64,000 nt of DNA from Callorhinchus milii. Its lineage: Eukaryota. The stretch covers positions 60,328,001 through 60,392,000 of the forward strand of contig NW_024704743.1 of the NCBI RefSeq assembly GCF_018977255.1, written 5' to 3'. Positions within the stretch are counted from its first letter, which is position 1. Each line of letters opens with the position of its first letter. The notes under the pieces were generated by a model that searched no databases, was not told where the DNA came from, and was given only the letters and a program-made list of their open reading frames with translations. This document shows positions 25,265 to 38,800 of this stretch, piece by piece. The translations under genes were made by a program, and so were the position numbers.

Positions 25265-25800
25265 GCTACAACAACAACAACACCACCAACTTGCATTTAT
25301 ATAGCGCCCTCCAGGCCCGGCGGCGTAACAATGGTGGAGCCTAAGGCCAAGACGGGAAGGGGAAGGTTACCAAAGGCACTGTCGAAAAGGAAGGTCTTCA
25401 GGCGTGACCTGAAGATGGGGAAGGAGGGGGCTAGGCGAAAGGGTCGTGGGAGGGACTTCCAAAGTTTCGGGGCTTCGTGGCTGAAGGCATAGCCGTCGAT
25501 GGTGGAATGGAGAATTCAGGGATGTGGAGGAGGCTCGAACCAGTAGAGCGGGGGGTGGGGAGAGAGGAGGTTAGAGAGATAGGGGGCTGCCAAGGAATGG
25601 AGGCATTTAAACACTAGAGTGAGGATCTTGAAGTCGATCCGCTCTGTGACAGGGAGCCAGTGGAGTTTGGCGAGGACTGGAGTAATCGGGGTATGAAGTT
25701 TGGTGCGAGTGAGAATGCAGGAGGCGGAATTTTGAATGAACTAGATTTTGTAATAGTGGAGGAGGGGAGACCGACGAGGAGGGCATTAGAGGCTTTGCAG
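25265..25800 (-). mobile_element. L2-type 3' fragment
   Basis: (AAC)n TTGCATTTATATAGCGCC terminus followed by degenerate L2 ORF2 C-terminal sequence. Confidence 0.7.
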
Positions 25801-25929
25801 AGTCCTGGATGAGAGTCATCTTTCTCCAGTCGAATGTCAATAAGACGGAGACTCCTGCTTGATTCCCGTCAGTGCCTTCTCATCCAAAGTGCTGACAGCA
25901 TCAATCTACATGGATGCATTCTCTAACTC

Positions 25930-27235
25930 GATCGAAGATAAGGGTTTTGAGATGGGTCTTGAAGGAGGTAAGGGAGGGAGCAAGGTGGAGGGACTGCGGG
26001 ATGGAGTTCCAGAGGGTGGGGGCAGAGTGGCAGAAGGCCCGGCAGCCAATAGTGGGGTGAATCAGGTGGGGAATTTGAAGCAGGCCGGAGCCTGGTGAGC
26101 GGAGGGAGTGAGCAGGTTGGTAGGGTGTTAGGAGGTCGCAGAGGTAGGGGGGAGCAAGACCATGGACGGCTTTGAAGGTGAGGACCAGGATCTTGAACTG
26201 AATCCTCTGTGTGATGGGAAGCCAGCGGAGTCAGGCGAGGATGGGGGTGATAGGGTCACGGAGCCTGTGCAGAAGAGTACATGGGCTGCAGAGTTCTAGA
26301 TGATCTGCAGCCTATGGAGGGAGGAGTTGTGGAGTTCGTCAAGCAATGAGTTTGCATAGTCAAACCTCAATGTAATGAAAGCATATATGAGGGTTTCAGC
26401 GGCCTGCGGTGTGAGACAGTGGTGGAGGCGGGCGGTGTTGCGGAGGTGAGGGAAGGCAGAGCGGATCATGGCACAGATTTGGGGTAGAAAGAATAATTGA
26501 GGGTCAAACAAGATGCCAAAGTTCTGGACTGGCTTAGCAAAGTGGAATATGCAACGGTGTCAGCGCTTGAGGTGAGGAGGCGCTGATGGGAGCCAATCAG
26601 GAGAGCCTCAGCCTTGTTCATGTTCAACTGAAGAAAGTTAGCTCTCATCCAGGACAGACATTCTATCAGGACAGCAGTGGAGGCAGAGAGGAATAATTGG
26701 GTGTCATCCGCATACATGTGGAAGTTGACCCCATATCTGCGGATGATGTCACCAAGAGGGAGCATATAGATGTTGAAGAGGAAGGGACCAAGGAAAGAGC
26801 CCTGAGGATCGTCACACAAGATGGTGGAGGGGCTAGAGGGAAACCATTTGTGGAGGTGAAGTGGAGGCGGTGTGAGAGGTACGATTTGAACCAGTCAAGG
26901 ACAGAGCCATGAAGGTTGAGGTGAGAGGAGAGACGGTGGATGAGGATAGAGAAGTCGACGGTGTCGAAGGCAGCGGAGAGGTCAAGGAGAAAGAGGAGGT
27001 AGAGGGAACCCTGGTCGCAGATGAACAGAATGTCATTTGTCACTTTGACCAGGGCTGTTTCTGTGCTGTGGGCGGCACGGAAACCCGATTGGAGGCGTTC
27101 GTGAAGGGAGTGGTGAGAGAGGAAGGAGCGATGCTGGGAAGCAACAACTCGTTCCAGGACCTTGGAGAGGAAAGGGAGGTTGGAGATGGGGCAGTAGTTT
27201 GGGAGTAGAGGTGGGTCCAGGGAAGGTTTTTTAAG
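25930..27235 (-). mobile_element. L2-clade LINE ORF2 fragment
   Basis: [61 protein letters not shown]. Confidence 0.9.
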
Positions 27236-29823
27236 TAATCCAGGGAGAGGAAAGAGTGAAGCTGGTAAGCAACGACTCGTTCAGTACCTTGAGGAGGAAT
27301 GGCAGATGGGACAGTAGTTAGGGAAAAGGAATAGGTTGAGGGCAGGTGTTTGGCTGCAGATACACAGTTACTACACTTCCCAATAAAATCCTAGAAATAC
27401 TTGGTGAGGCATCTTGATAATCTGATAAAGCATGATATCAAAATGCAAGGATTATTATCATTGTTAATAATAAAATTCCACTATGGGTGCACATCAGTTA
27501 GGCTAGCGGCAATGTATATCAAATATTCTGATATAACTCAGACACCCGATGAACATTATGGAGAGGGTGATTCGCAGCTTGTCTAACTGTTGAGAGTGTG
27601 AGAGTATTTCAGCAGTAAATTTAAAGATTGCCAAAGTAATCTCATTGGACTAAGAGAAAAAAGACTGACACAGGACTATCACAATCGTTCAATGAGGAAA
27701 CAGCCATAGAACTAAAAGAGGCAGAATTAGACTGGATTAGTTAATGTACTTAGTTAGATGGTTAGTGTTTGAGACTGGGTGAAATAGGATTTAGACCATT
27801 TGGAAACATTGTAGATGTAAGATTTAAAAAAGAATGGTGGAGTAAATGTTAAAAATCTGCAACAAACAGAAAGCTTTGAAAATATGTTTTTGTCATTTAA
27901 CTGTGGGTGTGACTGAGCGTAAGTGTTGCTGGTTCAATTACAGCAGACAATAGCTGAGCTATTACACTTCTGAATAGGGACATTACCGATGCAGTAAAAT
28001 ATTTGGAAACCGCATCCTGCAATTAGACAAAGGCAAAGAAGACAACTCTTGGACTACTCTGATAGATTTTGTTTGCTGGACAAGCAGCGGGAAAGCTTGT
28101 CAGACAATGCTTTCAATGGCAAGCTGTGCGGTTTTAGCTGGTTAGTCTCCAGTAGTACCCCAACTCACACTCTGGGGACCCGAAGCCTTGGCTCTTGCCA
28201 ACCTGCGCCTAATACTTTCTGGAATTAGGTAAACAGGATGTGTCTCTCCAGGGAGAGAGTGAGCATTCCATTCCAGCAATCTATCTCTGGGATATCCATA
28301 TGAGGTGGGATGCATGTGCCAGATACCTGGCTGACCCAAAAATTTTTTGACAGGCTGCTGGGAAAAAGTACAAACACAACTCGAGTCTCCTTTTCCGTTC
28401 ACTGTCCCTTCTGTCATTTTTGTCAGTAGGAAACAAAGCTTAGAGTCTCTCTTTCTCCTAGCATTATTGGTAGATACAGTACACCTGACATAAGTCGGGA
28501 CTATACATTTAATATGACTTATGCAAAGTATGAGTTATGTCAAACTTGCATAAGTTGTGTCATATGTGACTTACGTAAAGTTAAATGTAAGTCAGATTTT
28601 ACATGACTTAAACATAACAAATATACAAGTATTGAACTGGCTGGTGATATTAAGGTAAGGTTTGAAAATGGAAACATTCAAATCCACTCATAGTATGTCC
28701 TGCGTTTTGCTGGTGTGGATATGAGACAATCACAGAAATCTTCTCCATGGGATCAGGCCCTACCAAATAGGCAACCATCACCCAGTTACACTTCACACTG
28801 GGATTTTGAGCCTGTAGAGCGGAGTCATGGTTGATGTTTCTTCTTTCCTAAATCGTTAGCATTGAAATCAGTTGTAGAGTCCCAAAAGCAATGAGGCTTT
28901 AAACCTACAACTTTTTGGTCTTAGTGCTGCGTTAAGCAATACATTTACCCATTAGCTTATTACAGGATTTCATTCTGCTTTACTTTAATATTGTTCTTGC
29001 CTTCACTATTGTCTGATACTCCATTGAAACATGGTAAATAGATAGCATTGGAGGGTGTTTGACTGTTGAGAGTAAATTAGGCTGCAAGGGCAAACCTTCT
29101 TACATAGTTCTATTCCTACCTTTCCCACCATCTGCACTTCGTAGCCACCAATGGCTTCTCCTTTAGCCCCCGCACTGTTCCGTGTGGGGTCCCTCAAGGA
29201 CTGACTGTCCAGCGCCTTGGGACATCCTCGCGAGCTGAAAAGAGCTATACAAATGTCATTTTGTTGTTGTTCTTTCGGTTTCAAATACATTATATAATAC
29301 TATTATGATTTGGAAATGCCACACAAACGTTCCAAAGATTCAGTTCATTTAGCTTTTACATTGATGTATAATGAGAACTGGAAGCTGTATATTTCTATAA
29401 CTTCCTGTGCATTATTAATTATCTACTGCTACCTCGTGGACAGCAAGATAGCTATAAAATGAACAGTGCAATAAATATGGCTCACATATAAACATTTGGA
29501 TCTCTGTGTCCTGGAGTTTTTTCCACAGAAAGTGCAGTATATATTGGGTCATCTCAAGTATTATGACCCCATAAGCAAATTGCGCTGGAACTCGCCCGTC
29601 AAGGCGACTTGGAGGAGTTGACTTTGGTGCAATTCACTGACAGGATAGAGTCTTTATTCCATAGAGAACTTAGTCTGAACCTACAGATTTATGTGGCATC
29701 TGTGTCACCACCTTACGTCACCACCTAGGATATAAGCTCCTGGACAGACCACAGAGTGGAGGAAATTCTTAAATCAATAATAAAGGAAATGGAATAGGCA
29801 GCAAGCTCTTTTACTATTTGTAT

Positions 29824-29839
29824 GCACCATCTAGTGGCA
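29824..29839 (-). promoter_or_regulatory. Candidate CTCF site between COL1A2 and CASD1
   Basis: Reverse strand TGCCACTAGATGGTGC is a close match to the CTCF core. Confidence 0.55.
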
Positions 29840-30464
29840 GATTATATAGTGCCATGTAGCCAGCAGGCGATCCCACTGTTAAAGTTACAAAATGTTGTGC
29901 GGTTTAAAGAGGCGTAAAGTCAGGATGTAACATATTGCATAAAATTTGGATAAACTTGGGAGGTTATCCAGCCATGGTTTGCTCAGTTAATACTTGGACT
30001 GTGTGAGTTAGCTTGATGAGAGGCTGGGTAGAATAGGGTTATATTCCTTGGAGGGGAGGAGGTTGAGAGGTGATTTGTTTGAGGTATTTAAAATAAGGAA
30101 AGTAATTGATAATAATAATCTTTGCAATTGATGGTTTAGATAGAGGAAGGATTCATTAAAAGGGGTTATGACTTAAAATCAAAACAAAAATGGTGAGAAA
30201 ATAGATCAGCAAGCATTTTGTCACGCAGTAGGTTGTGTAGATTTGATCAATTTAAGCGCTCTGGAATGCTTCCCTGCATGAAGGGCACTATATAAGTGCA
30301 AGATATTGTTGAAGAAGTAAAATGCTCTGCCTCAGAAAGCTGTAAATCTGGAATCCAAAAAGAAAATTTTGAAAGAGAGACAACATACTTGGGAGTAAAG
30401 GTATTAAAGATTTTCACAGCAGGGTGTGACATTAGGATTAAAAGATCTGACAAGATCAAAGACA

Positions 30465-30600
30465 ATCTGTAAATACGTTGGTATTGACGTAAAGACAAAC
30501 TGGTATGACCATCAACCAGCAAAAGTGACATCAGAAGGTAGCATGACAATAATCTAAGACTCACAAGTGCATACAGATAAAACTGTAAGTGCTGCTAATA
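30465..30600 (+). mobile_element. Relic of an R4/Dong-like (restriction-like endonuclease) non-LTR retrotransposon
   Basis: ICKYVGIDVKTNWYDHQPAKVTSEGSMTII*DSQVHTDKTVSAAN matches the WYxHxP...IxWDxxxxTD pattern preceding the RLE PD motif (from recall). Confidence 0.6.
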
Positions 30601-32923
30601 AAAACAATATATAAAAAAGTAGAGTACATTCAAAAGGGAAAAGGTACTTTAGGAGATGCATGATAACATTGAAAGTTGATTGGAAGTCCACTTTACATTC
30701 TACATTAAGTTATAATTATACATTAAATACATATATTTGATCAATGTTAGACAGAAGCAACTCTTTATATTATCTCTTCAGCTATTGAGTGCAAATGTAA
30801 CACAGCACTCCAGCCATTGATTTGATCAGCAAAAGTAACCCTGTTGCACTTCAGTAAAAAGAACACCTTTCTGTCTGCAACACGACTGAAACAATTAAAA
30901 TATGTGATTTTCTTATTTCTTTTTCCTGGATTCAGATTCTCGAGGACACCAAGCTCCATCGTCACTGCCAGCCCTATGTGTTCCTCATACTCTGAGAGTC
31001 CTATCTTCCACAGTAAGATGTCCTCGGGTGTCAGTTGGGGTAATTTGATAGCACTCTTGTCTCTGGTTCAGAAGATTATGGGTTCAAGCCCTATTTTGGC
31101 TGCCTTGAACTTATAGTTTAGATACAGTGCAATGTGGGGAAAGAACTGCATTGTTGGAGGGATGGCATTTGGGTGAGAGGTTAAGCCAACTTTCAATTCT
31201 TCATATGAATATTAAAGATCCCATAAAACTATCTGAAAAATTAAGCAATGTTTCTTGTGTTCGGGCCAATAATTCTGCAGGTAAATTAGCCAAATCGTAG
31301 CTGTTTGCGGGACTTTTCTAGTGCTAATGACTGCTGCAGTCATTAAACTTGAATTTAATTGAATTGAATTTAACTTGAACTTGTATTTTGATGATAGGCA
31401 CTATAAAATTGCATGTTCTTTGATTCACATTGCTTGCATTTATACTGCAGGAGTGTAAAATGTTTTCCTGCTGAGAGGTAGCTCCGCAGGTTGGTTTAAG
31501 CAAGTCATCACTAGTGCAGCTCCTTTTACAATTGGACATCTGAACCAGGATTTCAACATGTTTACAACAACAACAACTTGCATTTATGTAGTGGCCTTTA
31601 TGCAGGAGTACTTTTTTTAAACTATCGACTTGGCATCATTTTCTCATTGAATTGACATGGAAAGCTTTTAAAAATAAGTCGTACATTGTCTCATCATCAA
31701 CTTTGCTAAAATTTTGTATATTTTATGAAAGTTGATATTTTAAATTCATTTATAGTATTTGAATATATTCTGGATTGTAATACTGTGCTACATATTTAAG
31801 TTTTCATTGGTTTAAATCTGCATTTGTAAATAGACCCTCAGGGCATTGATGATGCTATCTCAAACCACACTCACATGCATTTTAAAGTTACTGTGGAACT
31901 TGACCCAATTTTAATGAAGTTAATATTCAAAAGCAAAATAAATCTAATATATGTCAAATCCTGATATTTGTAAATTTGGGTTCCACATAGAGGTTTCCTA
32001 TATCTTCATTCCTTTATATATCTGTTTTAAAATGGAGTCTGCATGAATCCAAAGTTTCAGGTAATAAAAAATGGAGGATAATTTTGTGCTAGAATTCTTT
32101 CTCTGCCTATGACCTGTTTCTATCTTTCTTAAGGCAAAATACTGCAGTTGCTGGAAATTTGAAATAAGAACAGAAGTGGCTGGGATCACTCGGCAGGTCA
32201 GGTAGGAACTATAGAGAGCGGAAAGTGAGTTAATGTTTCAGGTTGATTACCTTTCGTCAGAACGACAAACTCATTTCCTCTTTCCATAGATGCTGCCAGA
32301 CCTGCTCAGTGTTCCCACTGTTTTTATTTCTATCTTCTTTAGACTGATTTCTGTTTGTTGATGTTTCTTAACGTTAAAGCACTTTATAGCACCAATTAGT
32401 ATTAGTACTAGCTGGCTGTGATTTAACAAAAGGAACATTAGTAAGCAATGTTCACTTGCCAGGAATTGAAAAATGATAAGCCTTACATCTGATATAATGT
32501 GTTTTGTGTTGGGACAATGTCTCAAAGCACTTCACAGGATATTCTGTCAATTAAAAAGAATGTTTAATGTATTTTGTAGGCTAACATGAAACAGGACTGA
32601 GAGAAATGGAGCAATGTTCCGCATATTAAAATACTTGAAAACAAAACTGGACAAACAATTTGATGGATAAGGCTGGGATTTCAACTGTCAGTCTTGTTTG
32701 AGGGGTGATAGATAATCTGTAATAATAATTACTTGTATTTACATTCTACAGAAATTCCACAGTTGAAATGGCAATATAGATTTATACACATTATCCTGAT
32801 CTTTATTAGACTGTGTCAGGTGTCAGCTTGACTCACTCTTGCCTCTACATCCATGGGAGACTCCATATATTCTTATTCAGGAGTAAGATACTTCAAGTGG
32901 CTCATCTGTAGTAAGAAATGGAT

Positions 32924-33501
32924 TAGTTATGGATCCACCAGATTTTGCTTTTGGTCAGCCAGGTGTCTGACACATTCACATAGCCCACTCGCATAGACCT
33001 GATGGGTCAAATTGTGTGTTTCTGTGCTGTAATGTTCTAGGATTCTTTGATCACCTATAACATGGATGGCCAACTTGCTTTAGATTACCACTTTTGCCAC
33101 AATGAGATTCACTACAACAATTTCTCAACATTTTCTTGCTTTTGTTTTACTGTCACTTGCTGTCTGCCATCTGCCAATTCTATTGTGTGATTTACACTGT
33201 GCTATTCAACCTCTGATCATACATGGATTGTTTATAACTGCAACAAACATTATTCAACCATAGTCAGCAGCAGGCACAAGGCAGGTGTCTCAGTAAGTTG
33301 ATCATTTTATACTACCATTTTGATATACCAGCAAAATATGTTACGTGAAAGTGTGCATTCCAGACACAGACATTTCCAGGTGTAGATGGCATCTATGTGG
33401 AAATCTCAGTTTGGTTTGGATATTCTTAAGCATGGTTATAAATTTCTGCAAGTATCAGACACCCGGCTGATCAAAACCAAAATTTGTTGGATCTATAACT
33501 A
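32924..33501. mobile_element. Older MITE-like element with ~50-bp imperfect inverted termini
   Basis: TAGTTATGGATCCACCAGATTTTGCTTTTGGTCAGCCAGGTGTCTGACAC versus reverse complement of 33452-33501. Confidence 0.65.
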
Positions 33502-34879
33502 CAGGATGCCATCACTTTCACAAAATGAAATAAAAAATGTAGACAAAACATAGAAACAGGAGTAGGGTATTCAGCCCCTCGAGGGTGTTTTGTCATTCTG
33601 TAAGATCATGGCTGACCTGTACCTCAATTCCAAATTACCCATCCTTGCCCCGTATCCCTTGATACCCTGACCTAACAAATACCTATCCACCTCAGTCTTG
33701 AAAATGTGAATGGATCCACAGCCGAAGAAGGCTCTTCAATACATTTAATCTCATCCTTCCAGAATACCAACCCTACCATCTTCCCATTATAGCATCAATC
33801 TGTTTCTTACAAGTGATGGCATCTATATTCTGAGAGTATTTGATTTAAGAGCTCCTAAACTTGTGTGCCGGCATTCTTCATTCCTAAATCAGCCTGTATA
33901 CCCAGCAATGAGTTTGACAAATTCTGTATTGACACTGGACTCATTTAAGTTTCAATAAAATCCAATTTAAAGGTTAAAGATCAGGAAAGCTTAATTATTA
34001 TCAGTGTGTGTGTGTGTGAAGTACATTTGATGTTTCACAAGCAGAATACACTAACTGGGTATTATTCTGAAAGTGCCAATTGTACATTTTCTGTACTATC
34101 AGCTGTTTCCCCCACCTATTTTGACATTGTTAAACACAAGACAAAAACATTACAAAGTCACTAAAACATTAAAAAACGGAAACCTAAGACAGGCATGATA
34201 ACCGCAAGACAAAATATATTATTTTGCTAGGAAAACTGACTTTATTATGTTTATTTGGGATATCTGTTTTTTGTGTTGTCACAGCTCATTCTTCAATTTT
34301 TTTTTGCTCTCATGATTAAAGCTTCTATTTAATAAAATTAACTCTGTCATGATCAAGCATCTATGTAATAAAACTCGAAACACAATACGGAACATTACAT
34401 TAATTTCTATTAAATTCAAGGATTGCAAATTTCAGGATAAGATTTGCTGTGTCCCAATTGGGGAATTGTTTTTAAGTTTTATTTGAGTGATAATCCGCAA
34501 ATCTATCTGTTCTTTGGAAATGCAAACGTGAGATGGAGATAGCAATTGTTCAGGATTGAGCCAATGTTGGTGATAGCATCTTTGCCTTTCAATTGCATTT
34601 TCAATCCCCACTTTATAAGAGAACTGTTCATTGCTCTAAGATTCCAGTCTTACAATGGGCTGGTTGAACTGGATTCACCAGTACCTCAACACGGGCAGCT
34701 TCAGAGAACAGCCGGATTTATCACCAATCATTGGGCAGGAGTTAATCTCAGATCTCCATATGAGAACGGGAGCGACAACTAAACTATCTACATTTTTGTC
34801 TTAATGCAATTTAGAGGCTGACAGCAAATCCATTTCAAAATGTTGTCACATGAACCACAGTCATGAAACAAGCTACTTC

Positions 34880-35702
34880 AGAACATCTTCATGCTTTATT
34901 TCACAATTATTAAAACATCTCACTTGTCACATATACAAAATAGGAATACTTTTAATTTTTATGTTTTTGTTTTTAGAACTGTTGCCTCTTTTTCCTGTTC
35001 AGCTGGACTGAAAGTGCGTTGCTAAAAGCACAAACACCTGAAATTATGAAATGGAAATGGCAAGGAGGGTATCCACATGTTTAATTTGGGAATAGACAAG
35101 AGGATTCCATGATATTAGCCAATGGATTTTACTGAAAATAAAACCATTGTACAACTTAATACAGCGGAAATGTTCTTCTCACATAGTGACAATTTTAATC
35201 ATGGCATGGGACATTTGGTTAGCACCACAGTTAGTAAGTACTTCAAGTAGGTTATCTGCACACTTCAATACCACTTAGCACCTTTACACAATAACTTGAA
35301 CCCAAATACCACAGTTAATTATGAGAAAGAAATTATGTGTATAATACTTTAAAATAAGTATATGAGGTAGTTTAAACCTTGGGAAGCTGGTGGTTTTAAA
35401 CTTCCTCTTTGAAAGATATTCAAAGACTACAGATGACACTCATGTTTCATTCTTTTTATTTACTTTCCATAATTTGTGACGTAAACCTTTAGTTCAAGGT
35501 TTCACCTGCAATAATCGCTTGAAATTTCCAAGTTGTTGCGAACTGCATTAAAATTGTACGGACAAAACAATGTTCTTTTTGGACATCCTACTTCTCTTTA
35601 AGCCCAGACTTAAGCAAGTGGATGGAGCAGAAGAAATGGAATGAGTCAGCATTCAGTTAAAAAAGGAAATGCGGAGAGTATTCTAAGTTAGCTCAAGTTC
35701 AT
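34880..35702 (-). promoter_or_regulatory. COL1A2: COL1A2 3'UTR with miRNA seed sites and likely distal polyA signal (AATAAA at 34895-34900)
   Basis: Follows the stop codon. Sense-strand ...GTGAGATGTTTTAATAATTGTGAAATAAAGCATG resembles the end of the mammalian COL1A2 3'UTR (from recall). Contains miR-29, let-7 and miR-26 seed matches. Confidence 0.7.
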
Positions 35703-35849
35703 TTATTTGAAACAGACTGGGCCAATGTCCAAACCAAATTCTTGTTCTGGGCCACCAATATCCATAGGTGCAATGTCTACAAATGGCAAACGAGATGTTT
35801 TCTGTGTTCTGTATTCAATGATTGTCTTGCTCCATTCACCGGTATGTTT
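35703..35849 (-). CDS. COL1A2: COL1A2 exon 52 coding part (147 bp including TAA)
   Basis: [48 protein letters not shown]. Confidence 0.95.
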   Translation of the reverse strand, partial: KHTGEWSKTIIEYRTQKTSRLPFVDIAPMDIGGPEQEFGLDIGPVCFK

Positions 35850-38800
35850 CTGTTACAAACAAAATAGAAACAGGGTTATTTTCATGGACAATGTCTCACC
35901 ATCAGTTAGAAAATTAAACATGGCATGATATTTTGCTGAAAATCCTTTTTTCCCTGTTAAGCAATAAGTCTCAACATGTCAGGAAGCGCGCTCAGTGGTA
36001 TGTTTGTTTCACATATAAAGGCAGAGTAGCTTAATTTACTTTGTGTCTATTAATAATAATAATGTTAGTCATTGAAGAAGGCTGGCTATTTACATTGTTG
36101 GCTATATGTTACACATGTATCAATTTTATTTGAAAACAGATTTTGTAAGATATTGCAGCATCCTATCAGAAGCGGCAAATGTTCTGTCAAAGCACAGATG
36201 TGAATCACATGATTTGGATGTGTTGTGGCACAAGGCTCTTTACCCAATTCAACAGTCATGATATTTCTGTTTATTTTACTCTAAGCACAGACAAGTTCTG
36301 GTCAGGTCTCAGGGTAAGATCAATGATTATCTATGTGCTTGGTTGGCAAAACAGTAATAGATGCAGAGTCAATACATACATAATATGTACGTTGGGCTTT
36401 ATTCAGAACAATTATTAAGGTGGAAATGAGGATATTTGTAATATGTAACTACTGTCAAAACTGTAAAGGAAAATAGGAAGTGCAAAGTGAAAGAGAATGA
36501 AAAGTTGTTACTAATTCTGAGTACTTATTCTACTAATAGTGATTTAGGAGCAATAAAGAAATATCCAGTACCGCAAATCTCCAGTACCTACAATTTGTTT
36601 CATTTATCGTCTTCATTACTTGGTTTCCATTCTAAAATATATCAAGTACATACCAGTCACCAGATACTGACTCGGGTGCTGTGTTGTTTGTACAATTAAC
36701 ACACTTAAGCATAGCTGTAGTTAAAGCAAGTTGTTAGTGCTTACCGTGCATCCGTCTTCCAGAACGCTGTAAGTGAATCTGCTGTTGCCCTCAGCTCGGA
36801 GTTCAACATCACTGTTACCAAGGAGAAGTACTGCCTTTTTCAGGCTTCCACTCTCCTCATCCATGTATGCTATGCTGTTCTTGCAATAGTAGGTGACATT
36901 CTGGGAAGCTTCATTTGACAGGAGTTGCAGGAAAGTCAGCTGGGTGGCCATAACAAGTGGTGTGATGTGCTCTTCGTTGTAAGTAAACTAGAGGATAAAG
37001 AGACTCAGCGTAAGATATCTGGTTTATGATGTCTCCCAGTCCCAACCAATGCTGCATGAAGGGGTAATGTGGTAAGTGATATCACCTTTGGTATTATCAC
37101 ATCAAACAAAAATGTGGTTATGGCTGGCCTTCAGTGGGTGGAAAAGAATACCCTCCTCACAAGGTGAACAACTATTGACTACTTCTAAAGAAATGTTTTG
37201 GTCAATATGATAACATCACTGGTGGTAAAAGCACATGCTGCACAATTCCCCCTTTAAGGTTTCAAAATAACCTGCATCCTGTACACCTTTCGTCCACTTA
37301 CTTGGGCACCATCCTTGATAGTTTCTCCGAACCATATATGTTTCTTTTCTTGGGCATCATTGCTGATCCACCAGTTTCTGCGTTCAATGATGTCTGGGCT
37401 GGCATGTACACAGGTCTCTCCAGTTGTGAACTCGCAGAACACTCTGATGGCATCCTGGGTGCAACCTTGGTTAGGATCGATCCAGTAGTAACCTGAAAGT
37501 TTCAATTGAAGAAGGTACAATAACACATCAAGGTTCTTGTTCAGCAGTGTAACAGATGTAATATGGCAAACTCTAAACAGAAAATTACAAAACAGAGACT
37601 CAAGCCCAAGCTAAAATACTTTTTTCAGATATATATTTACATATAATACACAGAAGATATCGTAGAAATTCTACCCATTAACATACTGTGTTTTCCCCCC
37701 TTTTGTTAATATAATTGGGGGACAGTTCCACTGGTGTTCCCCATCCTTCAGTCCTTCACAGGGGTGATTATTCTTAAAGTGTAAGACTGGACATTGAGGG
37801 TCAGCAAGCCATATGAATAGAAAAGGGGGACATCACATCCAATCTTGCCTTCACTGATGTCCACATATACACAATTTCATCAGTAGCCACGCACAGTAAT
37901 CAGGAGCATAACCTGCAGCCAATTGTTTTTTGCCGACCGAACTCAAGGTCACAGAGGCTAACTGTGGTGCTCTCCCATCAACACTCTAACTCAGATCACA
38001 AAATCACAAGAGAGATTTAGAGAAAGAATGTCCTTCAGCCCACTTGATCTGATCCTTCCAGAATAATCACCCGAATGCTTTCCATCATAGAACAAAGTTG
38101 TGTCTTAAACAAATGCAATGTCTCAAACTCACTTAAATGTAAAATGTGTAAAATATAACTGTACACTTCCTAGTAACCAGCTGACCAAGACATATTAGAA
38201 ATTGAACCTAGGAAACAACATCTTGACCTGTGTGGGTTAATTCCACATCAAATTTACTGACTGTTAGGAAAATAGTAAAGTCAGGCTTTTGTGTGAACGT
38301 ACCTGATTTCCATTCTGGATGGCTAAGTCTCAGGTCACGGCATGAGCGAGCTGGGTTTTTCCTTGAGCCTTCTGGGGTGCGGATACTCTCGATTTGGTTG
38401 GTCAAGACCTTGAGTGTGCTGTCAACTTCAAGGTCCTTCTCAGTAAGTGCACTATCAGGCTGATCGGCTCTGTAGTAAAAGTCATAGCTTACTTCATATC
38501 CACCACCAGAAACACCCGGGGGGCCAGGGTGGCCAGGCAGGCCGGGAGGACCCTGGAGAGGACAAAGAGCAGAGGTTATTTGTCTATTTGAAAATGGTTC
38601 TCTGCTATTCACAAAGATCTCAGAAGTAAAAGTTTTACTTTTGTATTTCAAACCATTTTGAAAAGTTTGTGGTTTGATTTCAAGCTGAATTTATGAGTTA
38701 ATGTCAAGGTTCCTAAGGTTCTGGAGTTTTGTTTCTTAAACCAATGACTGTAAAATTATAAAGCTCTATTTCACACTAAGAAAAGTTTGTTGCTGATATG

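Noticed and set aside
7720..27235. Intact, active LINE or transposase genes
   Set aside because: All are truncated with stops or frameshifts; the CR1 catalytic motif reads FADA.
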